DNA of 64,000 bases, from assembly GCF_963853765.1 (NCBI RefSeq), contig NC_088859.1:18724001-18788000 (forward strand), read 5' to 3'. Position 1 is the stretch's first letter. Each line of letters begins with the position of its first letter. This document shows, piece after piece, positions 25,494 to 37,564 of this stretch. This DNA is from Magallana gigas (lineage: Eukaryota). The notes below the pieces were generated by a model that made no database searches, was not told where the DNA came from, and saw only the letters and a program-made list of their open reading frames with translations. Both the position numbers and the translations under genes were made by a program.

Positions 25494-25750
25494 TTAACAG
25501 TTATGCCCCAACCATTTAGGGGACATTAATAGCCATGCCCCAACCATTTAGGGGACTTTAACAGTCATGCCCAAACCATTTTGGGGATTTTAACAGTCAT
25601 GCCCCAACCATTTAGGGGACCTTAATTAACAATAATGCCCAAACCATTTAGGGGACTTTAACAATCATGCCCCAACCATTTAGGGGACTTAAACAGTAAT
25701 TCCCCAACCATTTAGGGGACTAACAGTCCTGGTTCAACCATTTAGGGAAC
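25494..25750. repeat. 32-bp minisatellite, about 8 copies (ttaacagtcatgccccaaccatttaggggact)
   Basis: Period of 32 at 25503/25535/25567/25599 and onward; each unit has a CCCC-9nt-GGGG mini-stem. Confidence 0.92.
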
Positions 25751-25912
25751 CGAACCCATTTTGGTGACTTGTTATAGGACAATGTTAAAACATAAATATA
25801 TGCTAGAAGGCCTAACAAATTTAACTGCTTCATTCATTCGTAAACAAACAAATCAGCAACATTATTTACTCTACATCTATAAGCCTCAGTCCATGTACAT
25901 TACATAACCTAA

Positions 25913-26539
25913 CTACCCACCATTGTCTATGGATTTTAGGCAAGACACAATACTGGCCCGCAAATTGTTATAATACTTTATGTTACCCTTGTCATTCAAA
26001 TGGACCCCATCTGGGAGAAAAACCAGCTGCTGGCTCTCTTTAGACCAAAAACCAGTCAGACAAAAGAAAAATGTGCCATCTACATTCATAAGGTAGCTTG
26101 ACATCGTTCGGTTTAATTCGTCCACCCTAGAATTGAACCATGGTGTGTCCACCTTGTAACGTACCGGAAAGGTAGGAGGTAGCCTATACAGCGTTTGTAA
26201 CACTTCCACTTTTTTAACAGATTTTCCATATCTCAGGGTAATTACAAAGTCTACCAGCTCCCTAAATATGTCATTCAGAGATTTATTCCCATCACATACC
26301 GGTAAGTCATTTGATACCCCTCGTATCAAAACAACACTGGTCTGTAGTTGAGTGACGTAATCTAGGCCAAGCGCGCGATTCTGCTGAAGGGATGCTCCTC
26401 TTTTACCCACGAAATGGACAGCAACTTCATCTGTGCTTAAATTAAAGTTATTAGATACACGATGGTCATCACTCCTCGCGATAAACTGTTCCAAACGGCA
26501 GACAAATGAATGTCCAAGAATTATAACACAATGCGGCAT
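25913..26539 (-). CDS. SGNH/GDSL hydrolase, 208 aa, retrotransposon-borne
   Basis: Block I LGHS, block II G, block III GVSND and block V DGVHLN. The ORF is intact and co-oriented with the gag/RT fragments. SGNH ORFs are a known accessory of animal Ngaro elements. Confidence 0.85.
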   Translation of the reverse strand: MPHCVIILGHSFVCRLEQFIARSDDHRVSNNFNLSTDEVAVHFVGKRGASLQQNRALGLDYVTQLQTSVVLIRGVSNDLPVCDGNKSLNDIFRELVDFVITLRYGKSVKKVEVLQTLYRLPPTFPVRYKVDTPWFNSRVDELNRTMSSYLMNVDGTFFFCLTGFWSKESQQLVFLPDGVHLNDKGNIKYYNNLRASIVSCLKSIDNGG

Positions 26540-27254
26540 CTTGTAAACAGAATGCTGGCAGCGGTCTCTGCGGGGAGTAAAAGTTAAAGAGTTCCATCCG
26601 CTTGCGCTTTGTATTCAATGCGATTGCATAAATATACTTACATTAATTGAAGATTAAAGAGCGAAAAGTCAGTTTGTCTGTTGACAGTCACAACAAATAA
26701 TCGACTGGACCGTACAATCAACAATTTTTCCTTAGTAAATTAAAGCATGCTTGTTTGAAATACTAAATGGCGAGTAGTAAACAACTAAATGTATGTTGCT
26801 CAAAATATTCCGGAAACTAAAAAGAAAACCGAATACTTAACAGTTAATGATAATCCGGACAAATAATCAAATAATTTTCTGCAATTATGAAGGCTGGGAT
26901 AGAGTAAAATTTAGATAAAGTATCAGACAATTGCAAAAAAGCCGAATTAACATAGATTGTAACAAATAATTCAAACTCATAAATTTGGAAGCATATTCGA
27001 GGAAATCCAGGACAATTACAAATTCAAACTTTCAAGACCCCGTCTTTCAGTACTCTCAGTACTTTGATTATCGTAAGTGTTCAAGACCCATTTCTCGACG
27101 GAGTTACAAGAGTTAATTTACCGGTTACAAGAGCTAATTTAACGGTTGCAGTCAGCAAATAAGGGGCCGATCCTGTCAGTGGAAATTATTCACGGTCGAT
27201 GTAATTAAGATTAATTATTCAATGATAATTTACACCTATGGTAGCATGGTCTTG

Positions 27255-27450
27255 ATATATGGTATCAACATCTAATGCTGGAATTCCCATGGGTACCAAT
27301 TTAACAGATATTTTTTGTATTCATGTAAAGCAGAATTTGTTCAAAAACTTGTATGAAAAAAAAATAACTCACTTGCTTCTCCCTCATCATTTGATAAATA
27401 TGATTAGAAAACGAGAACTGGATACTCAATTAAGTTACTGTCTTTCCACA
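27255..27450 (+). pseudogene. Penelope-like element RT fragment
   Basis: GIPMGTN-LTDIF resembles PLE GIPMGTNCAPLLADIFL with a deletion; a YD.K..-like remnant lies downstream. Confidence 0.5.
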
Positions 27451-27480
27451 AATTTATTTAGAAATTAAATTTGTTGTTGT

Positions 27481-27740
27481 TTTTCGCTTCTATTTGATCA
27501 CGTGTGCTACACTTATAATGGGGAAAATAGTTCTTGAATGACACTTGAAAGAAACTTGTATAAATTATTTTAAAGTATATTAATTATTTCCTTCTACTTT
27601 GGATTACAGCCACGACAGATAGGTCACTGATCTACGTCAGTAGAGCTGAAAGAGCAGACATAGTCACACCAAGCGAGTGTCATTCAAGAACTATTTTCCC
27701 CATTATAAGTGTAGCACACGTGATCAAATAGAAGCGAAAA
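27481..27740. repeat. Perfect 65-bp inverted repeat with a 130-bp spacer (fold-back element)
   Basis: 27481-27545 is the exact reverse complement of 27676-27740. Confidence 0.93.
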
Positions 27741-27769
27741 CAGACGTGTCATTACCTTATCAATAAAGA

Positions 27770-28960
27770 AGGAAACGGTGCAAAAATTCAATTTCGTGTT
27801 GAATAGATCCAAGAGGGTGAAAAAAACCCCACTAAATTCTTTTTCGGGACTAAAAAAACATCATCAATCAAACAATGTGATAAATGAAATCGAAAGAGAT
27901 AAAAAAGAAATTTGCTCTACCTCCTGTGATATTTCAGGGGAAATGTGCAAATTTTACAAAACGTTATACAATTCTAACTCGATACCCGGAAACGAAGTAA
28001 ATTCATATCTCGGCGACTGTGAAATAAAAGCCTTAATTAACATGAAATGATAGAAAACTTGTGATAGTTTTCCAACACTTTGAGAATGTAAAGATGCAGT
28101 GATGCATTTAAAAACAAATGAATTCCCAGGTCTAGATGGAATACCAAATGAATTTTATCAATTGTTTTGGAAAGATTTTTCTACCATGTTCTATATAGTG
28201 TAGTGAAACAAACATACATAAATATCGTAATGGGCTACATACAGAAACACAATCATTTCATAAAAGTACAGACCAATAAGCTTAACAAATACGGACTATT
28301 AAAAATAGCATGTTATACAAAATATTGGATGAAAGTCAATCCTGACATTGGAAGACTGTTTGTCTCGGAAGAAAAAAAGTTCCACTTTTCGGAAAATGCT
28401 CTATAAAAATTACTCAAGCAATCCCTAAATTAATATATTTATACACAATTCTAGAACTACCGGCAGAAAACTTTATCAAAAATATGAAAAAAATTAATTT
28501 TTATCTTCATATGGAACAACCATTATAGGAAAAAAAGGAATACTGTGATAGGGGAAATAAAAGACGGATGAATAGGTTTAATAGATATTGAATCAAAATT
28601 AGGAGCTTTAAAAAAACAGCATGGGTACCTAAATGTAGATTATTAGAAACTAAACATGTTTTAAATTACTTAGTGGACAGTTTTTTCAAAGAATTAAATA
28701 CATGTATAGACATTCGTTTCATCTCAATCACACCAGACACAACTATTTTAAAAATCGATAATGTTAAAAAAAGTGCCCACCTCTACAAGGCAGTCTTTTC
28801 GTGTTTTTTGTATGTGCAAAGCAAGGTCTTAATTTAAATCAACAGAATCTACTGAATAAATTGTTGATACAATTTGGTCTAATAGCTTTTTTACGTCCAA
28901 GGGCAAAACTGTTTGTTTTAAAACTAAAATTAAGTTTCAATAAAAGGGGTTACATGCAGT
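27770..28960 (+). pseudogene. Decayed Tx1/L1-clade LINE ORF2 with the RT core deleted
   Basis: GEKNPTKFFFGLKK, KTNEFPGLDGIPNEFYQLFWK, then LFGKC..AIPKLIY...IGEIKDG*IGLIDIESKL and IWSNSF..KGKT; many frameshifts. Confidence 0.8.
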
Positions 28961-30455
28961 CCCTGTTCTCCCCTTCATACAGGATTGCATAAGTATTTCG
29001 GCTTGAAGATGATTCCACGAGTGACGAAATTTTGAAAGGACATAGTCGATAAGGTTGAAAGTATTGGGGTGGCCATTTGAAACTGAGGCAATTTGACTGC
29101 GGTCAACTCACCTGCAATAACTTCTAGTTGACGAAATCGATTTACCCAAAAGGGATTGGTGAACATTATAAAACCTCCACGTCCATAAGAAGATGCCATG
29201 TAAACACCTTCGATAAAAATCCCTTGTAAAAGACGCAAATATTTGTGCCGGTCATTGTTCAAAAAGTGAAGAATTGGAAAACCTCGGACGGATAACACTT
29301 CCTCTTGCCTTTATCTTTATAGGTTTATATTGTTATCAACTTTTCATAAAAATAGGTTCACTTCTAAAGAGGGATATTTTTTACCAATGCAACTGTATGT
29401 TACATATAAATAAACTAGTGTGAATTACTCAATTAATACAAGAAGAATGTTTGTGTTGGATATCTACTGAGTCTTATGTCAAAATCAACACTCTGTGTTT
29501 TAACACAAGTTTAAGACACATTTCCTGACCGAGTTGCAAGAGATGATTTAACGCTTTAACTTCCAGTCTGCAAATCACGTGATCCAGTGCAAATTCATAC
29601 GATGACCATTCATGGTCGATGGAATTATTATTAAATTATCCAAATACAATTAACATTGATTGTACCATGGTCAAAATACCGTATGTTCGGTTATTTTTGC
29701 GATTATCTAATTTTCGCTTCTTTTTCCTGATATCTTTCAAATTGCAAATAATTCAATACGCAGTAACTGTATCCTTTATCATTTTTATAAGAAACTTTTT
29801 AAATCGCAAGAAATGAAAGATGTAAATTAAAAATGTTACAAATTTTACGCCATTTTCGCAAATTTTGTGTCTGATATAAAAAAACAACAACCTGATAAAC
29901 AGTATCCAATTCTATTCACGGGAATGTACTGTCAAGAGTATTATGCATGGTCAAATTAATGAAGACTCATGATCAATGTCTTAATCGATTCTGTATCCAT
30001 TTAATATACTAGTATTCCACTGTATAACAATTTCGTATACTCTTGTACAAAATATATTTTCTAAACAGAGATTACATTGAAAACAATGAAAAAGACAATT
30101 AAAACAGTATGTTTTAGTATCTGATATGCATGAAAATGTAGTAACTGTTAGCTCGTAAGTAATATTTGTATAGTACTATTTACATTAAAATCAAACTTTG
30201 CAAACAAGTGCTGGGTTTAAACCTTGATCTAGCTTATATAAAGGAGAGTTATCAGTAATAAAAAAAATATATAGAACGTTACTAGTATGCAGTAATTGGC
30301 AGAAGTTATTGATCATCACATTTTTTTTACTATCATGCATATGTGTACAACGTCACATTTCTACCAATATCAATTTCATAGGTCCCATATTGGGTTCACT
30401 CTGTTTATAAAGGAAGATAAAAATATCAGCATTGTTCTACAAATACAAAACAACA

Positions 30456-30677
30456 TACTGTGGAATCATTAATTTTCGTGGGGGCCAATTTTCGTGGATT
30501 GCTGAAATTTTATAGGTTCGTGGGGACGTAATTTCGTGTATTTTCTTAAACCTACAAAATGAAATATGACTTTATAAGCCTAATATATTATTCGTGGAGG
30601 ATGTTAATTCGTGGATGAGAGGTACCTACGAAATCCACGAAAATTGAACCACCACGAAATCTAATGATTCCACAGTA
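30456..30677 (+). mobile_element. CTGTGGAATC MITE copy 2 (218 bp plus TA TSD)
   Basis: TA|ctgtggaatcatta...taatgattccacag|TA; absent at the paralogous site near 50530. Confidence 0.9.
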
Positions 30678-30734
30678 TTTAAGGTTTTCTCAATATTAAA
30701 AAAAAATACATTCTTTATTATATATTGATACATG

Positions 30735-30956
30735 TACTGTGGGATCATTAGATTTCGTGGTGGCTCAGTTTTCGTGGAATTCGTGGGTACCTCTCAACCA
30801 CGAATTAACATCCTCCACGAATTAATAAATTAGGGTAATAAAGTCATATTTCCTTTGTAGGTTTCAGAGAATACACGAAATTACGTCCCCATGACCCTGT
30901 AAAATTTAAGCAATCCACGAAAATTGGCCCCCACGAAATTTAATGATTCCACAGTA
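30735..30956 (-). mobile_element. CTGTGGAATC MITE copy 3, inverted relative to copy 2
   Basis: Reverse complement of the same family with TA TSDs, 57 bp from copy 2. Confidence 0.9.
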
Positions 30957-31663
30957 TATATAAAATGTTCTAACCAAAATAAAAATAGTCTTAATCGACA
31001 GCAGCCATAAAAATAACATCTGCCTTATCGCGATGCGCAATATCTCGGTAGATTTCAAAATCATCTTCCCGTTTCACACCCATCAATTCAATTTGTTTTG
31101 TTATTCTTGTTGTGCAAAGAGATATTTTACATGTGAATTGCACACAATTTTAGTTTACACGCAGAGCTTTTGAAAGGAAACTTATTTTAACTCGTCCATT
31201 TACTTAGTATGTAGGATAGAGTAGTTATAAGAAATATGTATTGTACATTATATTATTTTTATTCATGCATATGTTACTGGTTATTATATCGTAAACGAAT
31301 TTCAAGAAGTCATGAGACAAGTTCACAGATTACATACCGGTGCAGGAATAAATATAACAAAGAAACTCTTTGTTCCTGAATCACTTCGTGAGTTTAGTTA
31401 TGTCATAATGAAAAGTGGTTAATTATAGGTCCTCAATTTTGGATGCTAATGGTCATTAAATTGTTAGAGGAGTTTTAAGTTCCTTTAAGAAAATAAGATA
31501 CATATATTACGTTTCTCTATTTCGTAATATGTAGTACCCGTTTTAGGGGTGATTTTGGACCCCTCCATATTGTGACGTAAATCCTAATGAAATAAACAAG
31601 AAAATCAAGCTTAAGTATACTTTTTCAAATATTTTCTTTCCCAATATACTTTTTAATTAATAA

Positions 31664-31730
31664 CGTGGCGCAATGGGTTGAAGCATTTACTACAAATCAT
31701 GAAGTCATGAAGTCGAATACCGCTGGGGCT
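31664..31730 (+). mobile_element. Degenerate tRNA-derived (SINE-like) head within a ~300-bp insertion downstream of GPCR 2
   Basis: Box A-like TGGCGCAATGG and decayed box B-like GAAGTCGAATACC; no complete cloverleaf; absent from the GPCR 3 flank. Confidence 0.4.
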
Positions 31731-31934
31731 TTTATAAATGTTACCTTTCATAACATTTTTTGAATATATACTTAAGTCAAATATTCTAAAAATTGAAAAT
31801 TATAAACTGGTGAAGGTATCTTAATTATGATGAACGTTTATACACATTAATATTGACATGATGTGACTTTTGAATTGATCTTTTCATATTGATAATTCTT
31901 TGTAAATCAAAGCTGAATTGAAATAGTTCAGGTT

Positions 31935-32832
31935 TCATAATTTATCTTGTATTGTTGTCTTGATGTATTTAAAACAGTTACAAGCGCGCAGTGCCGCAAT
32001 GAAATATACAAAAGGGCTCAAAATACAGTTTATTAACCAGGCGAACTGTGCAGCTACCAGAAAGTTTCTTTCCAAGTTACGTAAACTGTACAACGACAAA
32101 ATATAACACAGCAGAAACAGAACGGCTGAGGACATGTAGGCAAAGAGAACGACAGTTGTCACCAGAGACATTTTGATCAGATTGGTTTCAACGTTGTGCC
32201 TGCTCATAGATCGCCTTTTGAGTCTATGCATCTTCCTTAAGTGGAAAGCCATAATCAGGAGGGTAGGGATGATAATAAGGTAGACCCTGAATGTTACGAT
32301 TACGTAGGTCGAAGACTGTATGCCAGATTCATATCGAAGCAAGAAGTACAAAACGGCAAAACATGCACTCAGAATCCACAACACTGCTGATGCACAAAAT
32401 ATGTTTCGAATGGTGATCTTGTTAAACTTGATTGGCTCTGAAACCATGTAACTTCTGAGTCCGAACAGCAATACCACGTGGGATGCGCTTGAATGAGTGG
32501 CGCCATAAAAGACGATCAGAAACACTTGACAGGGAAGCTCTCCTAGCTTAAAGTCCGTAATTTTTATTCTTGCATGAATGAAATAAAGACACAAGTTTAC
32601 AAGATCCGTGAATATTATAGTGCCGATGACATAAAACACCGTGCAATGGTATGCTTTGTCCAACACGATTTTAGAGAGCGTGAGCACATTTCCGACTATT
32701 CCGAATATAGATATAACGACAACCAAAATTTGAAGATCATTTTCGCTATTGAAATAAACTGGTATATTTTCTGAAATCCAACTCACTTCGATTGAGGAGG
32801 AATTTGTCTTGTTGTAGGTACTGTTGAGATCA
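31935..32832 (-). CDS. Class A orphan GPCR 2 (chimeric), exon 2; 303 aa with exon 1
   Basis: 7TM paralog. Acceptor tttgcAG|T at 32833. The Met seen in GPCR 1 is AAG here, so an upstream exon is required. The ORF-track extension (TTG start at 32945) is intronic. Confidence 0.9.
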
Positions 32833-33150
32833 CTGCAAATAAAGCAGAAACAGATAACATCACTTTTTGATATAAGACATTTTATAAAAAAAATGGTTCG
32901 GGGAAATTCTTTAATAACTTTATTATTTATGCATTGGTACTTCAAGCGCTAAACATAGCTAAGCTGGTTAGGGAATCAGTTTCAGGTGTTTACGCACATA
33001 TTTGCAGGGGCTATTGTGAATATAAAATTCGGGCTATTGTGAATCTAAGGTGCAGGGCTTACGTACATCATTGCAGGGGTCGCCACGCAGTGATGAGGAA
33101 ATATAATGCCTAAACAGAAGCTGGAATATAGAAAAATCAAATCGATTCTT

Positions 33151-34140
33151 CTAACTAAGCTTGCACAAAGTAAAAGGACGAGTGCACTTATGGGCCCCGG
33201 TAAAAAGTGAAAAAATGAAAATTAAAATTCAGCATATTTTTCCTCTAACATCACCTATTGATATCTATTCCATAAGAATTAACAAGCTTTAGCGCTCAAT
33301 TTTTGTATATAAAAAAGCACGAAGCTTTAATTACAACATAGTAGGGGTCAGCCGACATTCGTGATTTTGTATAGTAAATCGAGGACCACCATTTCAAAGC
33401 CTCTGTTTACTGTCAGCCTAACCGAGTACAAACTTGTGAAAAAGACAAAATACGTATTATACATTTAGAAAACTGTAAAAATAAGAAGTTTGTACTACAT
33501 TAGGCTGGTACCTAAAAAATGAAAAACGTATGAAAATTTCAAGGTTTTTCCTATAGCAAGCGAAAGCTATTACATGCGTGATCCATGTTTGAACCTACGC
33601 ATGGAATAAATTATTTCAAACAATCACGTGGGTTCTATCCAGGTAGACGTTTGTCAAATGTGCTCACTGTAAAACATTGACACGTTTTAAATCGCTTTCC
33701 TTCAACTTTGTATGGTCAGGAATGTTTGTGTGATCACTATGGTAATATGCAACTTCATAGCTTTATTAGATTTTTTTCAGACGTAAAATAATGCATAAAG
33801 TATAATTCAGCAAACGCGCCAATCGATCCACCAACAGAATAATGTTGATTTAAATGTCTCCTCCCTCTGATTTAAATAGACACAATTCAAGTGAGTTCGG
33901 TTCGATTTTCCGGATTTAGATTATTTATAGGCATTTAAAAATCCTCAATTTTTTTAACTGTATTCTAATTGTGGTAAATTTAAGCGTGCAAATAAATCAG
34001 AAGTATCCATCAGTGCTTAACTATTACGAGAAAAAAGCAATTTGTTGATATTTTCTACATAAAAACGGCACTGTAAAAAGGGCCCATTCTCTATAGCTTA
34101 AGTGCACTCGTCCTTTCCTTTAGAACCAAGCTAGATTAGC
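33151..34140. mobile_element. ~1-kb non-autonomous TIR DNA transposon (Kolobok-like termini)
   Basis: Perfect 18-bp TIR aaaggacgagtgcactta (33173-33190) / taagtgcactcgtccttt (34099-34116) with imperfect extension; TSD decayed. Confidence 0.65.
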
Positions 34141-35724
34141 GCTTTTCAGTACTATCAGTACTTTAATTCCTTCTGGTTTTTATCGTTATCCAGGAGGTAA
34201 TATACAATATACTAAGAATTAGCATTTGTGAAAAACGCTCACTTAAATTGTACATGCATCATGTAGAAAAACAAATCTTCCGAACATAATTTACCATAAA
34301 AGTAAATATCTCACCCATCATATTAAAGGTTATATGCTTGCTAACACAAACTCATGTCTAAAGCGGTTTGTTACTTTTCAAATTAATGTGAATTTTAAAA
34401 CTTTGCTCTAAAGGGGTGTAATTATCTGGCAGTTTCTTTTAAAGATTCTTATTATAATGAATAAAGGAATCATGATGATAATTGTGTAGATCATAACTTC
34501 TTTAAATCATGAAACTCATCCCCCGACCAATAGTAGGATCCAAAAGGTATCCAAAGTTTAATATAAGATTACGAAAGAAAACCCTGGACTTTTGTTGCTA
34601 TAGCAATAAGTAGGTGTTCCGTTCTTATAAACATTTAATGGTCTGTAAGAAATCGTTTCTTTTATGTAGAAAAAAGAATAATTGATACAAGGTTTAGGTG
34701 AAAGAAATTTTCAGAACTGAAGCTCATGTAAAATTACAAAAAAAAAATTAAAAAAATTTCAACTACTTTTTGTGACGACCAGAAGTAACACCGATTCTAA
34801 CAAAACATGTTAAACATAATATGTATCTTCATTCATGTCTATCTTTCCTTCAAGTTCGCCGTTGAAGTATTTGCCAAATTTGGGATCTCAATGAGACAAG
34901 GATTTTTTTGGATCGAAACAGGCAAAGGGATTGCTCAATTAAAAAAAATGAAATTCTTGAACATTTTCATAATGTACATTATTGTTTATTAGGCTAGCTT
35001 AAACAATCAAAGAAAAACATTAAAACTTAAATTTAAAAATTTGATTGTTTTAACGATTCCGCTGAGAACCGGAAGTGATGGTTAACAAAATGATACCTGT
35101 TAAATATATTTCCAATCAGATGTCTATCATTTATTAAAGTTTCTTTAACTTATCACTTACGTATTCTGAGATTTCGCGCTTACAATATTTGAACAAAAGA
35201 AAGCTAGTAAGGGTATTTAAAATATCTCTACAGAAGTAGAATTCATTTGTTCATTCTACATTGCATTGATGGCATTTGTTTTCCTTTGTACTAAAATGGA
35301 ATTCCATTCAAAATTATTTTAAAGTACTCTCTGTGACAACCGGAAGTAATGCTAAACATTTTAATTAAATCTACATACATGTACATAGGTCTTTCAACTC
35401 ACAAAATTGAGTTGTTCAAGTCATAATCGTAATAATAATCCTCAAGCCATAATATTTTTTTTGTCTCGGAGCCGGAAACGGAAAACGAAAGTGTGCAATA
35501 AAAATTAAATATTTTCATTCTTGTACATTAACCTAATGTACTCTATTGTTTATCAGGATAATCAAAACAGTGAAAAAACAGACGAGTAAATGCTGCCGGT
35601 GTCGTATAATTTAAGGTCCGCCCCGTAAAATGGTCCGGCCGGACCTTTAATGTTAACATTTAAGGTCCGGCTTTCCCTTATAAGAAAAGGTCCTACCCGT
35701 AGTCATTGTTAAAATTTCTCTTAA

Positions 35725-36529
35725 AGCTATACACGCTATAATTTACGTCAATTTTGAATGACAGTGAAAACGCATGTGTTTGTCTACTTATAAAAGTTAT
35801 CCTTAATCTGTAAATTACAATGGTGAATTCCATCTCGTTACAAAGATATAGAATTTTAATTGTTTATTTTCCTGCCAGGAAAATATACCTTTTCATGAAT
35901 ATTGATGAAGGAAGAGCGAAACCGACCTCATTGCGCATGTCCGCGGAGAACTAGGTGGTCGTTATTGTTTGCCTAATTAAATATCCAACTTGATTTTTAA
36001 TATGCTTAACAGTAGTTAATTTGAAATACATACATGTATAATGAGTAAAATACGTTTTGTCATTCACGATACCCTTACTTCTGCATTAACACTTATAGGA
36101 TCTATAAATAGCACATAGGGGAAAAACACAGGTCTAAGTCATTTTTTTAAAGGAAGTATTCATATCTACTCACAGGCTTGTATTTTTTTTCTTTTGTTTG
36201 TACTCGTATATCGGACAAATTTATGCTTTACTGAAAATATCCTTTCCTTTATGATACTATCACAATTATGAAGATGTTGACCCTTCACCAGTTGTGGTAT
36301 GATAGACTAAATTTAGCTGTCGATATCACGTGATAGATTGATATTCACAAGGAGGCATTACTTTCCTGGCAGGAAAATAAATATTTTTTATTGTTTAATA
36401 TTTGATATATTTGTTACGTGATCGAATTGAGCATTATAATTAACAGCATTAAGGTAACTTTTATTAGTAATCAAACACATACATTTTCCCCTTTATTCAA
36501 AATTGACGCAAATTATAGCGTGTATAGCT
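35725..36529. mobile_element. 805-bp Kolobok-like MITE nested in the Ginger-like element
   Basis: TTAA|AGCTATACACGCTATAATTT...AAATTATAGCGTGTATAGCT|TTAA, with an imperfect TIR of about 165 bp. Confidence 0.85.
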
Positions 36530-37420
36530 TTAAAGTAATTGTTCTTTTTGCTCGTGTACTTGTATTTTAAATATGTCTTTGTTTACATAATCCAGTCGGC
36601 CATTTGCGTATTACTTTGTGGAATATAAAATATTCATAGCGGATATTTTGACCAATTTTTTAAGAATCTGAAAAAAAGAAAACCAAGAGTATTTTGACAA
36701 TTATTTGTACACACCATTTAGTCCCTTTGTTTTTAAATCTCTTCCGGTGTATATGTATTAGCAGAGGGTTCCATGACAGGTAAACACGGGTAAAAGAAGC
36801 CCTGCAGGCATTCACACCTGTGTTACACCCCTTAACTGAGAGAGAAAAAATGTCTCCGCTGTAGTGCTCTACGCAACTAAGATTGGCTTTTTAACTTTTG
36901 CTTTGTTTAATTTTCAGTAGATCAGAAACTTATGATAATATACTTAGTCTAATAACTTATACGTCTCTACGTAGATTTATCACAAGTTTAAGATAATTAA
37001 TAAAAGGTCGCAGATGTGGATTACCGTAACAGAGGGTATACGTTGACACTATAGTGTAAACATGTACGTACTGTGGTACAGTATTCGATCACCTCATTAT
37101 TCTAAAAGACTTATTCCCTCTTTCTTTAATCAAACGTACAATACTGTTATATGTATATAATGATGCATACATGTAATTAAGCAAGGATTTGGAAACAAGT
37201 AAACACTAGTCTTATTATAAGTAATATAAATCCGCCTCCATCGATAATGTTTAAATTCTATATCACAAAGCGCTTTAATGCAGAAATATATTTGTAAACT
37301 GCCTAAAAAAATCCTTGTTGATTTAAGAAAAATTTTGTATATCCATGGAGTAAAATATTGACGTCCTTATCAAATGGATAGTGTCTAGAGTAGCAATCTT
37401 GCATTGGTATAGATTAATAA

Positions 37421-37443
37421 CTCTCTCTCTCTCTCTCTCTCTC
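37421..37443. repeat. (CT)n microsatellite
   Basis: Direct reading. Confidence 0.95.
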
Positions 37444-37564
37444 CATGATGGTGAAGTGCCTAGTTACATATCCTTCGATGCATCAGTATCATTGGTATAT
37501 AGGAAAATACTTAATCAAGTTGACACTTGTATTGACTCTAATTTAATGATGATCTTTTGTTTCA

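Larger units (their letters stand above)
24122..26700 (-). mobile_element. Internally deleted, truncated Ngaro-like retrotransposon (SGNH - minisatellite - gag - RT)
   Basis: Co-oriented ORFs listed above; absent from the paralogous spacer at about 48750. The right boundary is approximate. Confidence 0.7.
29385..31934. repeat. Segmental duplication block 'GPCR 3-prime flank', left copy (paralog about 48790-51328)
   Basis: Collinear matches, e.g. caacactctgtgttttaacac, catttcctgaccgagtt, tatggtcgatggaattat, tttcacacccatc, ctcgtccattta and tcacagattac. Confidence 0.85.

Noticed and set aside
25494-25750. CRISPR-like appearance of the 32-bp array (also considered for 63178-63349 and 58780-58890)
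   Set aside because: Units are contiguous with no unique spacers, there are no cas genes, and the context is eukaryotic.
31664-31730. Functional tRNA gene
   Set aside because: Box B is decayed and no acceptor stem or cloverleaf can be drawn; kept only as a SINE-like remnant.
32833-32945. N-terminal extensions given by the ORF track for GPCR 2, GPCR 3 (52230-52255) and the B-box gene (58020-58069)
   Set aside because: They start at non-ATG codons and cross polypyrimidine/AG acceptors, so they are intron sequence.
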